A stretch of DNA of 64,000 bases from Octopus vulgaris (lineage: Eukaryota): NCBI GenBank assembly GCA_951406725.2, contig OX597836.1, positions 10,726,001 through 10,790,000 of the forward strand, written 5' to 3'. The notes beneath the pieces are model-generated. The model saw only the letters and a list, made by a program, of their open reading frames with translations. It made no database searches and was not told the origin of the DNA. Positions 44,059 through 58,163 of the stretch are shown piece by piece; position 1 is the stretch's first letter, and each line of letters begins with the position of its first letter. Made by a program: the position numbers and the translations under genes.

Positions 44059-44415
44059 TATTCGGCAACTCGCTGTATATGCCATGCTTCTCGGCACTTG
44101 TCAAGTAGCATGGGTAATTATTTGCTGAACTAGCAATTCAAGAACTGAACACAGATTTTAGTTCGAAGTTTTACGAATAACAGATGGCCATCCGAGATAA
44201 TAGCATATTTGATAATTACTTCACGAAGCTATACCATCGGTTACAGAAATATACTAATCACTACATATGGCACATAATTCCTAACCAAATTCCTTCCCTA
44301 GCAGATAGGCTTTTGCACAAACTATCTATTATAGATACATGTACCATTCTTAAAATATATAAAAGTGTTTATTAAGAGGAATTCAGTTCAAGAATGAATA
44401 TATATATATATACAT

Positions 44416-44510
<95 letters not shown>

Positions 44511-44525
44511 CATATATACATATAT

Positions 44526-44576
<51 letters not shown>

Positions 44577-44621
44577 CATACATGCATATATATATATATG
44601 TACATATATACATACATACGT

Positions 44622-44661
<40 letters not shown>

Positions 44662-44664
44662 GAT

Positions 44665-44885
44665 GGCGCGTGGTTTAGTGGTAAGGGTGTCAGCACCATG
44701 ATCGTAAGATTGTGGTTTCGATTCCGGACCGGGCGACGCGTTGTGTTCTTGAGCAAAACACTTCATTTCACGCTTGCTCCAGTCCACTCAGCTGGCAAAA
44801 ATGAGTAACGCTGCGATGGACTGGCGTCCTATCCAGCTGGGGAACACATACGCCATAGAAACCGGGAAACCGGGCCCGCGCATTT
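44665..44885 (+). mobile_element. SINE head D (CORE-like) + tail 4
   Basis: GGCGCGTGGTTTAGTGG, GGTTTCGATTCC, TTGTGTTCTTGAGCAAAACACTT..CAGCTGGCAAAAATGAG, then tail 4. Confidence 0.85.
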
Positions 44886-44893
44886 ATTTAGGT

Positions 44894-45203
44894 GGAGGTG
44901 CAATGGTCCAGTGGTTAGTGCAGCGGACTCGCGGTCGTAGGATCGCGGTTTCGATTCACAGACCGGGCGTTGTGAGAGTTTATTGAGCGAAAACACCTAA
45001 AGGTCCACGAGGCTCCTGCAGGGGGTGGTGGCGATCCCTGTTGTACTCTTTCGTCACAACTTTCTCTCACTCTTTCTTCTGTTGGCCTGCTCGCTTAGCC
45101 AGCGGGGTGGCGTCATTTGAAGGCTAAAACAATGCGAAGCGCATTGTGACCAGCAATGTGTAGCAACATCTGATAACCTGGTCGGTCACGGTGATCACGG
45201 TGA
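44894..45203 (+). mobile_element. SINE head C + tail 2
   Basis: Homology to 31883-32186. Confidence 0.9.
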
Positions 45204-46020
45204 TATATATATATATATATATTTATAGGAATATAAATTTGTATATAAAGAGACGAACACAGAAAACAGACAGGTCATTCGAAGCCTTTAATCTTCAGTC
45301 AGAAACCGGATCATCATAGCAAATTTCGGCTGATTAATTCTGATATTTGCTCCAACACGGCCAGCCCCAAGGAAAAACTAAGCTGTGAGCATTAGATTTA
45401 TTGGTAAAAGGAACGAATGTAAACGCGACAGAGACGAATATAAATACAAAAAACGAAAACAAAATTAAAAACAAGAATTGTTAACTGCAGGTGTCTTACG
45501 ACTTTAGACAAAATGGGACAAAAATAACTTATCTAGCAGGCGTGGAAACAATTGCCTTTTCGGCAGAGGGAGAACGATGTTGAGCGGGCCGCGATCGCCA
45601 ACGGAATGGCTTGACACATATATAGAGTAGTGATGTAACAAGGAACGAATGTTTACTGGAAATAGCGGTCGATAAATTTAAGACGCTACCGTAAAACTTC
45701 ATTGCGTATATATTGGTAAAGACGTGGGAAGGCAGCGAGCATAAAATATTTCGTCTTACCTCTAGGAAGAACTTTAGATAAATGAACAACCCAGAATCGG
45801 ATAATCTAGGACCTCGGTTTCGGACTCTTCAAATACGTTTGTTATCGTAATTTTGATTAGTCTTCATCGGCTAGATTTACATAATTTTATTCTTTTACTT
45901 GTTTCAGTCATTTGACTGCGGCCATGTTGGAGCACCGCCATGAAGGGCTTTAGTCAAGCAAATCGTCCCCACGGAAACGATTATAATACGGCACATACAT
46001 GCTTTTATATACATATATAT

Positions 46021-46115
<95 letters not shown>

Positions 46116-46210
46116 TGTGTGTGTATGTATGTATGTATTATGTGTGTGCGTATTTATGCATACATACATGCATATACGTGTGTGTATATATGTATGTATC
46201 TATATATATG

Positions 46211-46253
<43 letters not shown>

Positions 46254-46295
46254 CTCTCTCTATATATATATATACACATATATGTGCATTTATTG

Positions 46296-46329
<34 letters not shown>

Positions 46330-46351
46330 ATACACATATATGTGCATCTAT

Positions 46352-46396
<45 letters not shown>

Positions 46397-46406
46397 TATA
46401 TGTATA

Positions 46407-46493
<87 letters not shown>

Positions 46494-47012
46494 GAGTGTG
46501 TGTCTAACACTCGCAAGATGATAATATAAAATAAACACGCCGATATCATTCACACGGAAAAACAAAAATCCGCAACAATGCAGAAACACAAGTATCGAAG
46601 TGTTACATCGAGAATCCCTTTAGGAACGGCTCTGCAGTTCAACAGTTACGTATCTATATTTAAACATCTATAAACCGAAAGAAGACCAAACAGTTAGCGA
46701 TGAAAGAGTGAGAGATCTGTAACTAAAGTACACCTTTTATCACGGTTTGCATCGAATAAGACAAAAGTACGTTGGCGGTTTTTGTCATAACATCAACATA
46801 TATAAGCATCCATTATTTCATATCTGATTGCTGAGAAAGGTAACAAATTCTAGACAAGCAGCGTGAAAACATAAAAGCATGCTCTGACATAAATACTTTA
46901 TACATTCATGCATGCATAATGTAATAGGATTTTTATGTTACTACCACACGATACACAACGGACCGTTTGGTGTGTACACATAAGTTTGTGTATACACAAG
47001 CACACACTCATT

Positions 47013-47048
<36 letters not shown>

Positions 47049-47106
47049 CATACACACATCTATCTATCTGTTATATAGACACCTATCATTACATATACAG
47101 GTATGT

Positions 47107-47147
<41 letters not shown>

Positions 47148-47209
47148 ATATGTAAATATATATCTATCTATCTATATATATATGTATATGTAGATATGTA
47201 TACACATAT

Positions 47210-47244
<35 letters not shown>

Positions 47245-47266
47245 CATGTATATCCTTCACATATGA

Positions 47267-47299
<33 letters not shown>

Positions 47300-47405
47300 C
47301 GTGTATATATATATATACATACATATATACATATATATATATATACGTGTATATATATATATACATACATATATACATATATATATATATACATTATATA
47401 CATAT

Positions 47406-47439
<34 letters not shown>

Positions 47440-47567
47440 ATATACATACATACATATATGTATACACATATACATATATATATCATACACATGAGCGTTA
47501 TACTTATACATCTGTTTGTTTTGCACACCACCTGTCTTCGCCTATTTTTATATTTTCGTAAACTTTC

Positions 47568-47620
<53 letters not shown>

Positions 47621-47685
47621 AACAATGATAAATCTCAGAGCGAGTTATAAACAGTAGCGGTAACACTCATGGTTGTGAATGGCAA

Positions 47686-47785
<100 letters not shown>

Positions 47786-47929
47786 ATATATCCGTAAAAT
47801 ATATAGAGTAGCGAGTTTTCTCAGAAATTTCAATGCCAGTGTATTACCAGTGGACTAGCATGTATAAAAAATTGTGTGTGTGTGTGTGTGTGTGTGTGAG
47901 TGTTTGTCCGTATGTGTGTGCGTGTGTCT

Positions 47930-48150
47930 GTATATTCGTGTCTGTGTTTGTTCCACCCCCGCAACGTTGCTTCACAACCGATACTGGTGTGTTTACGTCT
48001 CTTTAACCTAGCAGTTCGGCAAAACAGACACCGGTAGAATAAGTACTAGGCTTACAAAGAATAAGTCCTGGTGTCGATATGCTCGACTGAAGGCGGTGCT
48101 CCAGCATGGCCGCAGTCAAATGACTAAAACAAGTAAAACAATAAAAGAAT
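47930..48150 (+). mobile_element. SINE A 3' half
   Basis: Homology to 7975-8173. Confidence 0.8.
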
Positions 48151-48209
48151 ATATATATATATATATCTATCTATATATATATTGGTTTACGTATATGAAA
48201 TTACATATA

Positions 48210-48434
48210 TATTTCTTTATTGCCCACAAGGGGCTAAACATAGAGGGGACAAACAAGAACAGACAAAGTCGATTACATTGACCCCAGTGCGAAACTGGTA
48301 CTCTATTTATCGACCCCGAAAGGATGAAAGGCAAAGTCGACCTCGGCGGAATTTGAACTTAGAACGCAACGGTAGACGAAATACGGCTACGCATTTAGCC
48401 CGGTGTGCTAACGTTTCTGCCAGCTCGCCGCCTT
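48210..48434 (-). mobile_element. SINE B monomer with 16-bp TSD
   Basis: TSD TATGAAA(T/A)TACATATA at 48194-48209 and 48435-48450; 3' end AAAGAAATA. Confidence 0.9.
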
Positions 48435-48504
48435 TATGAAAATACATATATACGCACATTTACCTGTACGCACATATATACGCACATTTATACATACCTG
48501 TAGG

Positions 48505-48551
<47 letters not shown>

Positions 48552-48736
48552 CATATTTACATATATATATACAAATATTTATGTACTTCTCTCTCTCTCT
48601 CTGTATTTACCTCTTTATCTATTATACGCGGTGTTAACGAGCATAATGGGAAATTTTATTTTTGCATTGCATTATATTTTTAAATGAACCATTACTGCTT
48701 TGTCGTGGAACTTAGGCTTTGGAGTATATGCCACAG

Positions 48737-48789
<53 letters not shown>

Positions 48790-48908
48790 CACGGCTCTAT
48801 GCGTCGACGTTTCTCTTTATTTGTGAATTTGTAATTTAAGATTTATGAATAAATACATTCGTGTGAGAAATGTGTTACTGAAATATATATAAGCGTAAGA
48901 GTAAATAT

Positions 48909-49347
48909 GCCTACCTACCTACCTACCTACCTACCTACCTACCTACCTACCTACCTACCTATATACCTACCTACCTACCTACTTACCTACCTACCTACCT
49001 ACCTACTTACTTACCTACCTACCTACCTACCTACCTACCTACCTACCTATATACCTACCTACCTACTTACCTACCTACCTACCTACCTACTTACTTACCT
49101 ACCTACCTACCTACCTACCTACCTACCTACCTACCTACCTACCTACCTATCTCCTACCTACCTATATACCTACCTACCTACTTACCTACCTACCTACCTA
49201 CCTACTTACTTACCTACCTACCTACCTACCTACCTACCTACCTATCTACCCTACCTACCTACCTACCTACCTACCTACTTACTTACCTACCTACCTACCT
49301 ACCTATCTCCTACCTACCTACCTACCTATCTACCTACCTACCTACCT
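48909..49347. repeat. (TACC)n microsatellite
   Basis: Direct reading. Confidence 0.95.
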
Positions 49348-49429
49348 ATATATATACATACATACGCACCCACATATACATTTCTGTATGATGAACATTG
49401 TATTAGTATATGTATCAATGTATATCATA

Positions 49430-50283
49430 GGCGGCGAGCTGGCAGAATCGTTAGCGCGCCGGGCGAAATGCTTAGCGTTATTTCGTCTGCCGCTACGTTC
49501 TGAGTTCAAATTCCGCCGAGGTCGACTTTGCATTTCATCCTTTCGGGGTCGATTAAATAAGTACCAGTTACGCACAGGGGTCGATATAATCGACTTAATC
49601 CGTTTGTCTGGCCTTGTTTGTCCCCTCTGTGTTTAGCCCCTTGTGGGCAGTAAAGAAATAGGTATTTTGTCTGCTACTATGTTCTGAGTTCAAATTCCGC
49701 TGAGGTCGACTTTGCATTTCATCCTTTCGGGGTCGATTAAATAAGTACCAGTTACGCACAGGGGTCGATATAATCGACTTAATCCGTGTGTCTGGCCTTG
49801 TTTGTCCCCTCTGTGTTTAGCCCCTTGTGGGCAGTAAAGAAATAGGTATTTTGTCTGCTACTATGTTCTGAGTTCAAATTCCGCTGAGGTCGACTTTGCC
49901 TTTCATCCTTTCGGGGTCGATCAAATAAGTACCAGTTACGCACAGGGGTCGATATAATCGACTTAATCCGTTTGTCTGGCCTTGTTTGTCCCCTCTGTGT
50001 TTAGCCCCAGAAAAGAAATAGGTATTTTGTCTGCTACTATGTTCTGAGTTCAAATTCCGCTGAGGTCGACTTTCATCCTTTCGGGGTCGATAAATTAAGT
50101 ACCAGTTACGCACTGGGGTCGATGTAATCGACTTAATCCGTTTGTCTATCCTTGTTTGTCCCCTCTATATTTTAGCCCCTTGTGGGTAGTAAAGAAATAG
50201 GTATTTTGTCTGCTCTTGTGTTGTGAGTTCAAATTCCGCTGAGGTCGACTTTGCCTTTCATCCTTTCGGGGTCGATAAATTAA
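49430..50283 (+). mobile_element. SINE B multimer: 47-nt head + ~4.5 units of ~184 bp
   Basis: Units start at 49477, 49661, 49845, 50021 and 50200; junction AAGAAATA|GGTATTT. Confidence 0.93.
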
Positions 50284-50802
50284 TTATCTATCTATATATC
50301 GGGCTCTATCTGTTCGTCTGTCTACACATGGATAAACGCATATATACACACACACACCTTACAGAAAAGTGTACACGCGTACATATATTCCACTCCCTCC
50401 ACACACAAACACAATTCCAAACCAAAACACAATCATTATCGATTAATCAGTATCGATAAATAAATGCTTTATATACAGTTCCAAATATTGTAAACATAGC
50501 AGAACCTTTTATTGACAACAATAGAGCTATTTAAATATTTGCATCGTTATGTATTTAAATATATATACATTTAAAGGCTGAAATATAATGCAATTGTTAT
50601 CGTTAAATATCGTTAAATATCATAGACGCAGACATTGCCGTGTGGTTTAGAAGATGGCGCCGCAACAACAGATGCGTTCGGATGCTGTCCCACTGCGCAA
50701 AATCTTGGCATCTTTGGGAAGTTTTTTTCAATGAAGCCTCAGGTCACCCATTACGCCGCGAGTGAATTTGGTTGATGGTGACTGTACAGCTCAATGTATA
50801 TA

Positions 50803-50860
<58 letters not shown>

Positions 50861-50891
50861 AATATATATATATATATAAGTACATATCTTT

Positions 50892-51008
<117 letters not shown>

Positions 51009-51055
51009 GAAAAAAGATATGTACTTATATATATATATGAAAAATATATGTATTT

Positions 51056-51110
<55 letters not shown>

Positions 51111-51218
51111 CATATATAGTAGTTAGGCCGTCGCTCTCACGATTGCTAGATCGTGGGTTCGACTCTGAAAACGGGATTAATAATAAAAATTATTATTATT
51201 ATTATTAAGGCAGTGATA

Positions 51219-51660
51219 AGACGGCGAGCTGGCAGAATCGGTAGCACGCCGGGCAGATTGTTTAGTATTTCGTCCGTCTTCACGTTCTGGGTTCAAATTT
51301 CACTGAGGATGACTTTGACTTTCATCCTTTTGGGGTTGATAAATTAAGTACCAGTTGGCACCTTACCCCCAAATTTCAGGTCTTGTGCGTATTGTAGAAA
51401 GGATTGTTAAGGCGGCGAGTAAGCAGAATCGTTAGCACGCCAGGCGAAATGCTTAGCGATATTGCGTTCGTCTTTACGATCTGAGTTCATTATTACGCCG
51501 AGGTCGACTTTGCCTTTCAACATTTCGGACTCGATAAATTAAGTACCATCGAAACACTGGAGTCGACGTAATCGACAATTTCCTCCCCACCACAAAAAAA
51601 AACAAACAAACAAAAAGCAAAAACAAATCAGGCCTTGTGCCTTTAGTAGAAAGGGTTATT
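51219..51660 (+). mobile_element. Two tandem SINE B2 copies after (TTA)n
   Basis: Heads at ~51220 and 51411; tails CTTGTGC..TAGAAAGG(A/G)TT. Confidence 0.8.
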
Positions 51661-51912
51661 TATTTAAAGCATTTTGATTCGGATCCATGCAAGTTATGTA
51701 GAATTACACAAACCTAGGAAACTTTAAGTTGTATTCGCATTCTGAAGAGGATTTATTTAAACCAGTAAATTGAAACGATCGTAAATGCAGTCCTCATCTC
51801 TGCTTCTTCGTTCTTTGTTATCTATTTAATTAAAGATATACCAGCGAAAACCACGAGTTTCCCATCATTGTTATTACATCCATTTTCTTATATATATATA
51901 TATAATTTTGAA

Positions 51913-52236
51913 GTGAAGGCGCGTGGCTCAGTGGTTAGAGCATCGAGCTTACGATCGTGAGGTTGTGAGCTCGAATCCCGGACCGGGCTGCGTGTTGTGT
52001 TATAAAGCAAGACACTTTATTTCACGTTGCTCCAGTTCACTCAGCTGTAGAAATGAGTTGCCAAGCTGTATCGGCCCTTGCCTTTCCCTTGGACAACATC
52101 GGTGACGTGGAGAGGGGAGGCCGGTATGCATGGGCGACTGCTGGTCTTCCATAAAACAACCTTGCCCAGACTTGTGCCTCAGAGGGTAACTCTCTAGGTG
52201 CAAACCCATGGTCAGTGTCTGACCGAAGGGGGTCAC
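51913..52236 (+). mobile_element. SINE head D + tail 5
   Basis: GTGAAGGCGCGTGGCTCAGTGG..GCTCGAATCCC..CORE-like segment, then a tail seen only once in the window. Confidence 0.82.
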
Positions 52237-52272
52237 ACACATAATTTTGAACAAGTATAATATATCGACAGA

Positions 52273-52354
52273 GACATTTCAAGGTTTCGGCAAGCTAAGC
52301 CAACATGGAATTGACTGTTGATGTCTTAGCTGTCTGAAACTTCGAAGTCACTGT
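52273..52354. ncRNA. Back-to-back pair of degenerate hammerhead-like motifs
   Basis: Plus: CTGTTGA(52315-21)..GAAA-CTTCGAAG-TC (palindrome ACTTCGAAGT, GUC triplet). Minus: GGC-TTAGCTT-GCC-GAAA-CCTTGAAATGTC. Confidence 0.4.
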
Positions 52355-52667
52355 CGATGCTATTTTCGTTAAAGACTAATAAAATTGTACTCTACAAAAT
52401 GTATTGAGTAATCCTTCTATTTAATATAATATTGATTTTATCATAACCTGAAAACAAACATTAATACATATATGAATACATACGTACATATACGTACATA
52501 CATACCTACCTAACTACCTACCTACGTACACACATAAATACCTATACACATAATACATACATACATACATATATATACATCCATATATATATGTATATAT
52601 TTATATATATGTATAAATATATATATGTATGTATATGCACATACATATATATTTATACATACATACA

Positions 52668-52706
<39 letters not shown>

Positions 52707-52816
52707 GCATATATATTTATACATACATACATACATATATATATATATGGATGAGTGTATATATATATGGATGTGTGTGTATGTACATAGATGTATGTAT
52801 GTACGTGTTCACAAAA

Positions 52817-52858
<42 letters not shown>

Positions 52859-53247
52859 AGGCTTAAATAACATAAAATAAATAAATATTTTTTTTTTGTT
52901 CGGACATTTTGAAACGTGAGGCGTCTGCTAAGAAAGTTCGCAAAAAGGAAAAGAAATAAAATATTGCTTCTCCGTTCCGATCAATCTAATACCATTAGTC
53001 GCCGTGACAGGATCAGTTAGATATCTCTTGATATATGTAGTTACATGTGATTAGATTTATGATGAATTTTTATCTCACATCGCTTGTTATTTTTCATATC
53101 AGCGTCCTGAACGCCGGTTAATTTTATATCTCAATTCTATTTCGATATCTATATATAGTAACTTGATATTCTCCTACGACATGGCAATCTTCTTTTCAAA
53201 TTTCGATTCCAGTGTTTTATTTCGGTGAAGTTTGTTTTTATTAATTC

Positions 53248-53691
53248 TACACGGCGTTCAAAAAGTCTCTCCGTAGTGAATATTTTTTTTTATATCCCGC
53301 GCATCACCACGGCGCTTCTTCAAGAGTTTTTTGGTGAACGGATTATTTCGAAGGGACTTTGGCCACCAAGATCACTTGATTTAACACCGCCAGACTTTTT
53401 TTTTCTGGGGAGCAAGTAAAGGATCAGTGTACAAAAATCGCCCGAAAACCATTAAATACTTAGTGCGGAAAGTCTCTCCGCAGTGACTGTTTTTTATCCT
53501 GCGCATCACTATGACGCTACTTCAAGAGTTTTTCGGTGAACAGATTATTTCGAAGGGACTTTGGCCACAAAGATCACTTGATTTAGCACCGCCCAGACTT
53601 TTTTTTCTGGGGAGCAAGTAAAGGATCAGTGTACAAAAATCGCCCGAAAACCATTAAATACTTAGTGCGGAGAGACCTTTTGAACACACTA
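53248..53691 (+). mobile_element. Tc1/mariner-derived MITE dimer carrying a transposase C-terminal scrap
   Basis: TIR-like GTTCAAAAAGTCTCTCCG / CGGAGAGACCTTTTGAAC. The 207-bp unit occurs twice and encodes FFGERIISKGLWPPRSLDLTPPDFF (WPPRSPDL-type motif). Confidence 0.85.
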
Positions 53692-53743
53692 CTTTTTTCG
53701 TCATCATTTGTGTATCTTCTGACCAAACTACTCGCAAATCTGT

Positions 53744-53928
53744 GTGAAAGTACGTGGTTTAGCCGTTAAGTTATTCGCTTCCCGATCATAAGGTTGTGGG
53801 TTCGATACTCGGCGGCGCGTTGTATCTCTTGAATAATAAATAACACTTTATTTCAAGTTGCTCCAGTCCACTCAGCTGGCAAAAATTCGTAGTGCATGTA
53901 TTTTAAGGGTCCAGCCTTGCCACATTCT
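53744..53928 (+). mobile_element. SINE head D + start of tail 1 (diverged)
   Basis: Homology to the reverse complement of 54045-54320. Confidence 0.75.
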
Positions 53929-54044
53929 TCCTCTTTTTCTTCGTCATCGTCCTCCTCTTCTTCTTCCCCTTCTCCTCCTCCTCCTGGTCATCATCGTCAT
54001 CATCGTATGGAGGCGTGTGGCGGGAGATAGTCCCATGATGAATG

Positions 54045-54320
54045 GAACAGTCTACTCGTAAGATTAACGTGCAAGTGGTTGAGTACTCCACAGACACGTG
54101 TAACCTTAACGAAGTTCTCAGGGGAGATTCAGCATGACACAGAATGTGCCAAGGCTGGTCCTTTGAAATACAGGTACAGCTCATTTTTACCAACTGAGTG
54201 AACTGGAGCAACGTGAAATGAAGTGTCTTGCTCAAGGACACAACGCGTCGCCTGAAATTGAACTCACGACCTTACGATCGTGTACCGAATACCCCTAACC
54301 CCTAAACCATGCGCCTTCAC
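54045..54320 (-). mobile_element. SINE head D + tail 1
   Basis: Tail ATTAACGTGCAAGTGG.TGAG.ACTCCACAGACACGTG is shared with the head-C copy at 1532-1920. Confidence 0.85.
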
Positions 54321-56014
54321 CCAGTGATGAATATGCTGTGCGACAAACAGTGATTATTGCCTGAGGATCGGGGTTTCTGCTTCACCTTTTAAAATGGGAG
54401 TCGAGTCTCCCTCAAATTCTCAAGAAAGGGCATTTTAGTTTTTGTGCAGTCCCTCATATACAGATATCTGCAATACTCATTGTGTTAGGTTGAACGTCCT
54501 TCATCTCAAATCTGGGCCTAAAAACTACCACCACTACCATTACCACCACTACCGCCATAATTAACACTCTCGTTACTAATTCACCATCGTTACCACTACC
54601 ACCTCCACTACAACCATCATCACCACCGTCATCGCTAGTAACACCACCAAACCACGTCTGCCACTACCATAGTCGTTACCATCAGCGAGATAACCACTAC
54701 CACCACCACCAACACTACAATAAACACCACCACCACCACCACCATTAACAACAACAGCAACAACGATACCATGCAGTTTAAATTCCTGCTTGAAGTCACA
54801 GATATCAGTTTTACTCTTGAGAAAAGACGGATATCCATTTCCCATTTTTTACCCCCCCCCTTAATTATTTTTTGTATTTATCTATTATTTATTAATTTTT
54901 TTTTGTTTCAGTCTGGCCAATATATAACCAACATTAGACGCTTTATTAAGTGTAATGGAATCATTGATATTCCTTAATTTTGTTGTTGGTCTTGTTGCTG
55001 TTGTTGTTGTTGTTGCAGTTGTTGTTTTGACAAACTTATACCCACCGAAGCGTTAGGTTACGTAATTGCATTTATAGGAAATATCGCCAAACACGCAGGA
55101 TCGAAGAGGGAGGAAAAAAATGGTCGACACAGAAAATTGAGCTTATTTGGCGTAAGATGAATGAGTCTATGTAATTTTGCCATTTACTATTTTGTTACTG
55201 CTGCAATTTAATATTTTATTTCTGCCATACCTGCTGTGCTGGTTTCAGGGAATTTTCATTATAATATTTTAAGTAGCAATAACAAAAACGGCAGGTATAT
55301 TTATTTCATTGAACGCAGTCCCACTTCGCTGGCATTTATTTATTTTATTTTATCTTATTTATTTATATACTTACTTACTTATTAATGCTGCAGACCAGAA
55401 AACGAAATGTTTATGGTTATATGTTAGAAATAATCCAGTTATTTCATCTCGAATGATTTTTAAGTTTGATTGTGAAGAAAGTTTTAAAATGTTGTTGGTT
55501 GAAATACTGAATTCTACTCATAATTCACTGAAGCGAAAGGATGACATTAAAAACTCCAGATTTTTCCAGTTTCCGCCACGTCCTTTTTCACTTCCCTGCG
55601 GCAACCGAATTTATTAAGATCTGTAAACACTTTAGCGTAGTTATTGCTATTGTAGCCGATGCCAATGTTCACCAGTTTCCTTGAATTCCAGATTTGACAT
55701 TTATGTCCTTAAAACAGCTTTCGTAAAAAGAGGGACAATGTCTATTGTGTGTGGTCAAATATAGAAGATATATTGGCACTTCTTATCGCTCTTGTTGTTT
55801 AGACTCAGACCATCTCTAATTTATGATTGAAAACGCTCCAGCCATGGCCATGCCATCGAAATTCCAAATATAGTTTATCTTGGACTAAGATTATCAATGA
55901 TCGATCAAACTTTTGAATAAGAGCGTTCCAGCCTTAAAAATTTCTGAGCTATGTTAGTAGCTGCATTTATGCTATGAAGTGGGTTAAACTATAAGATTAC
56001 ACACACACACACAC

Positions 56015-56108
<94 letters not shown>

Positions 56109-56691
56109 GTACATTTATATATGTATGTAATATAAATACTTCTATATTTATTTATCTATCTATCTATCTCTCTATATGTGCGCATGTGTGAGTGTGTGTG
56201 TGTGTGTTTGTGTGGTATTTGATATGGATACACTATATTTGTCTGCCTTGTTCATAGACATCTCACTGGGCCCTTTGAGCTATTTCTCTTAGCTCAGTTT
56301 TGTTTAATTTATATAAAATACCACGGCTATAAGTATTTTCTTTTTTGCATATATCTAAATACAGCCGAGGACAACTGCTGTGATAATGATGCACTTTGGG
56401 GCAGAAAAATGTACATAAGACGGTCCTGTTATCATTAGATAAGAAAGAATCCTGTTCTTTTCATTGATGGCATTTCAGATTTGGAGAATTCCTGAGATTA
56501 TCTCCCGTCCTCACATGATCCTGGTCTCAATTGCCATTTAGTAATTGCGTTATATCATCGAAAGTCAGAAATAATATTAATAAATCAAAAATTTATGTTG
56601 TATGGTATTTGATATATCAGCATTTATCTATGCTGTTTATACACACTCCTCTGCTCATCACCCACTGCACATTGTTCATTGCACATTACTC

Positions 56692-56729
<38 letters not shown>

Positions 56730-56734
<5 letters not shown>

Positions 56735-56954
56735 CTTTACTACCCACAAGGGCTAAACATAGAGAGGACAAACAAGGACAGACAAAGGATTAAGTCGATT
56801 ACATCGACCCCAGTGTAACTGGTACTAATTTATCGACCCTGAAAGGATGAAAGGCAAAGTCGACCTCGGCGGAATTTGAACTCGAACGTAACGACAGACG
56901 AAATACGGCTACACATTTCGCCCGGCGTGCTAACGTTTCGCCCAGCTCGCCGCC

Positions 56955-56956
<2 letters not shown>
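56730..56956 (-). mobile_element. SINE B monomer within (TA)n
   Basis: Full head to AAAGAAATA 3' end. Confidence 0.9.
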
Positions 56957-57028
<72 letters not shown>

Positions 57029-57140
57029 GTATGCATGTATATATGTATATATATACATACATGTATTACATATATATATGTATGTATGTATGTATTTATC
57101 TATTTATCCATCTACACACATACGCACGTACACATATATG

Positions 57141-57263
<123 letters not shown>

Positions 57264-58052
57264 TAAACAGATACGTCAGAGGAAGATCTGTGGCTGAAAA
57301 AAAATATTTGTGCCTGAAACAGGAAACGATTAACTTACAACACCGGCTTCAAATAACATCTGAAGTATGCCGGGATTATATTTATCTCCTGATCTGTAAG
57401 CGTTTATGAAGCACGAGGCCATATTCTTTTTAACTGTAGATAATCCGTCAAGTGCAGACAATATTTCTTTGTTAAAATTTTCGCAGGAATTGGAACTCTA
57501 ATCTCTTTGTTGTCTGCTATCAGGCAGGAACTACAATCATTTCAGATACAGCCATTTTCCACTACTGAAAAATACCGAATCCAGCCAATCCAGCAAATAG
57601 AAGGCTACTTAACCATGGAAATCAATCAACTGGAGTATTTCATTGATCAAAGCATACAAAAATCCATTGATCCTCAAACTCAATTATTGTATATCGTTCC
57701 ACATAAAAATATACTCATCGATATACATAATATAGACTACACGCTCTATCGTCATTTTATACTCACAAACAATAAATTTAATATCACGTATATAAAGGAA
57801 CAAAAAAAATCTATCTATTTCGCTATAAACATACAAAGCGATCTGTGCTATGCACACACGGCTTTTCTTCCTTCATCACCAAACACAATTTAATCCATAG
57901 ATCCTTGCATATGTGTGTGTATATATATGTGTGTGTGTGTGTATGTGTGCGTGCGTGTGTATTCATATATGTATATATTCATACATGTATACATATGTAT
58001 ATACATATATATATATGTGTGTGTGTTTGCATATGTATGTATATATATACAT

Positions 58053-58163
<111 letters not shown>

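Noticed and set aside
49430-50283. CRISPR-like regular array
   Set aside because: Whole units repeat with no unique spacers. The array is SINE-derived in a eukaryotic context.
57507-57893. 128-aa non-microsatellite ORF
   Set aside because: It has a non-ATG start and no recognisable motif. It overlaps a degenerate dispersed repeat (CATACAAA..(A/G)ATC at ~57653, 57830, 58180, 58313, 58397).
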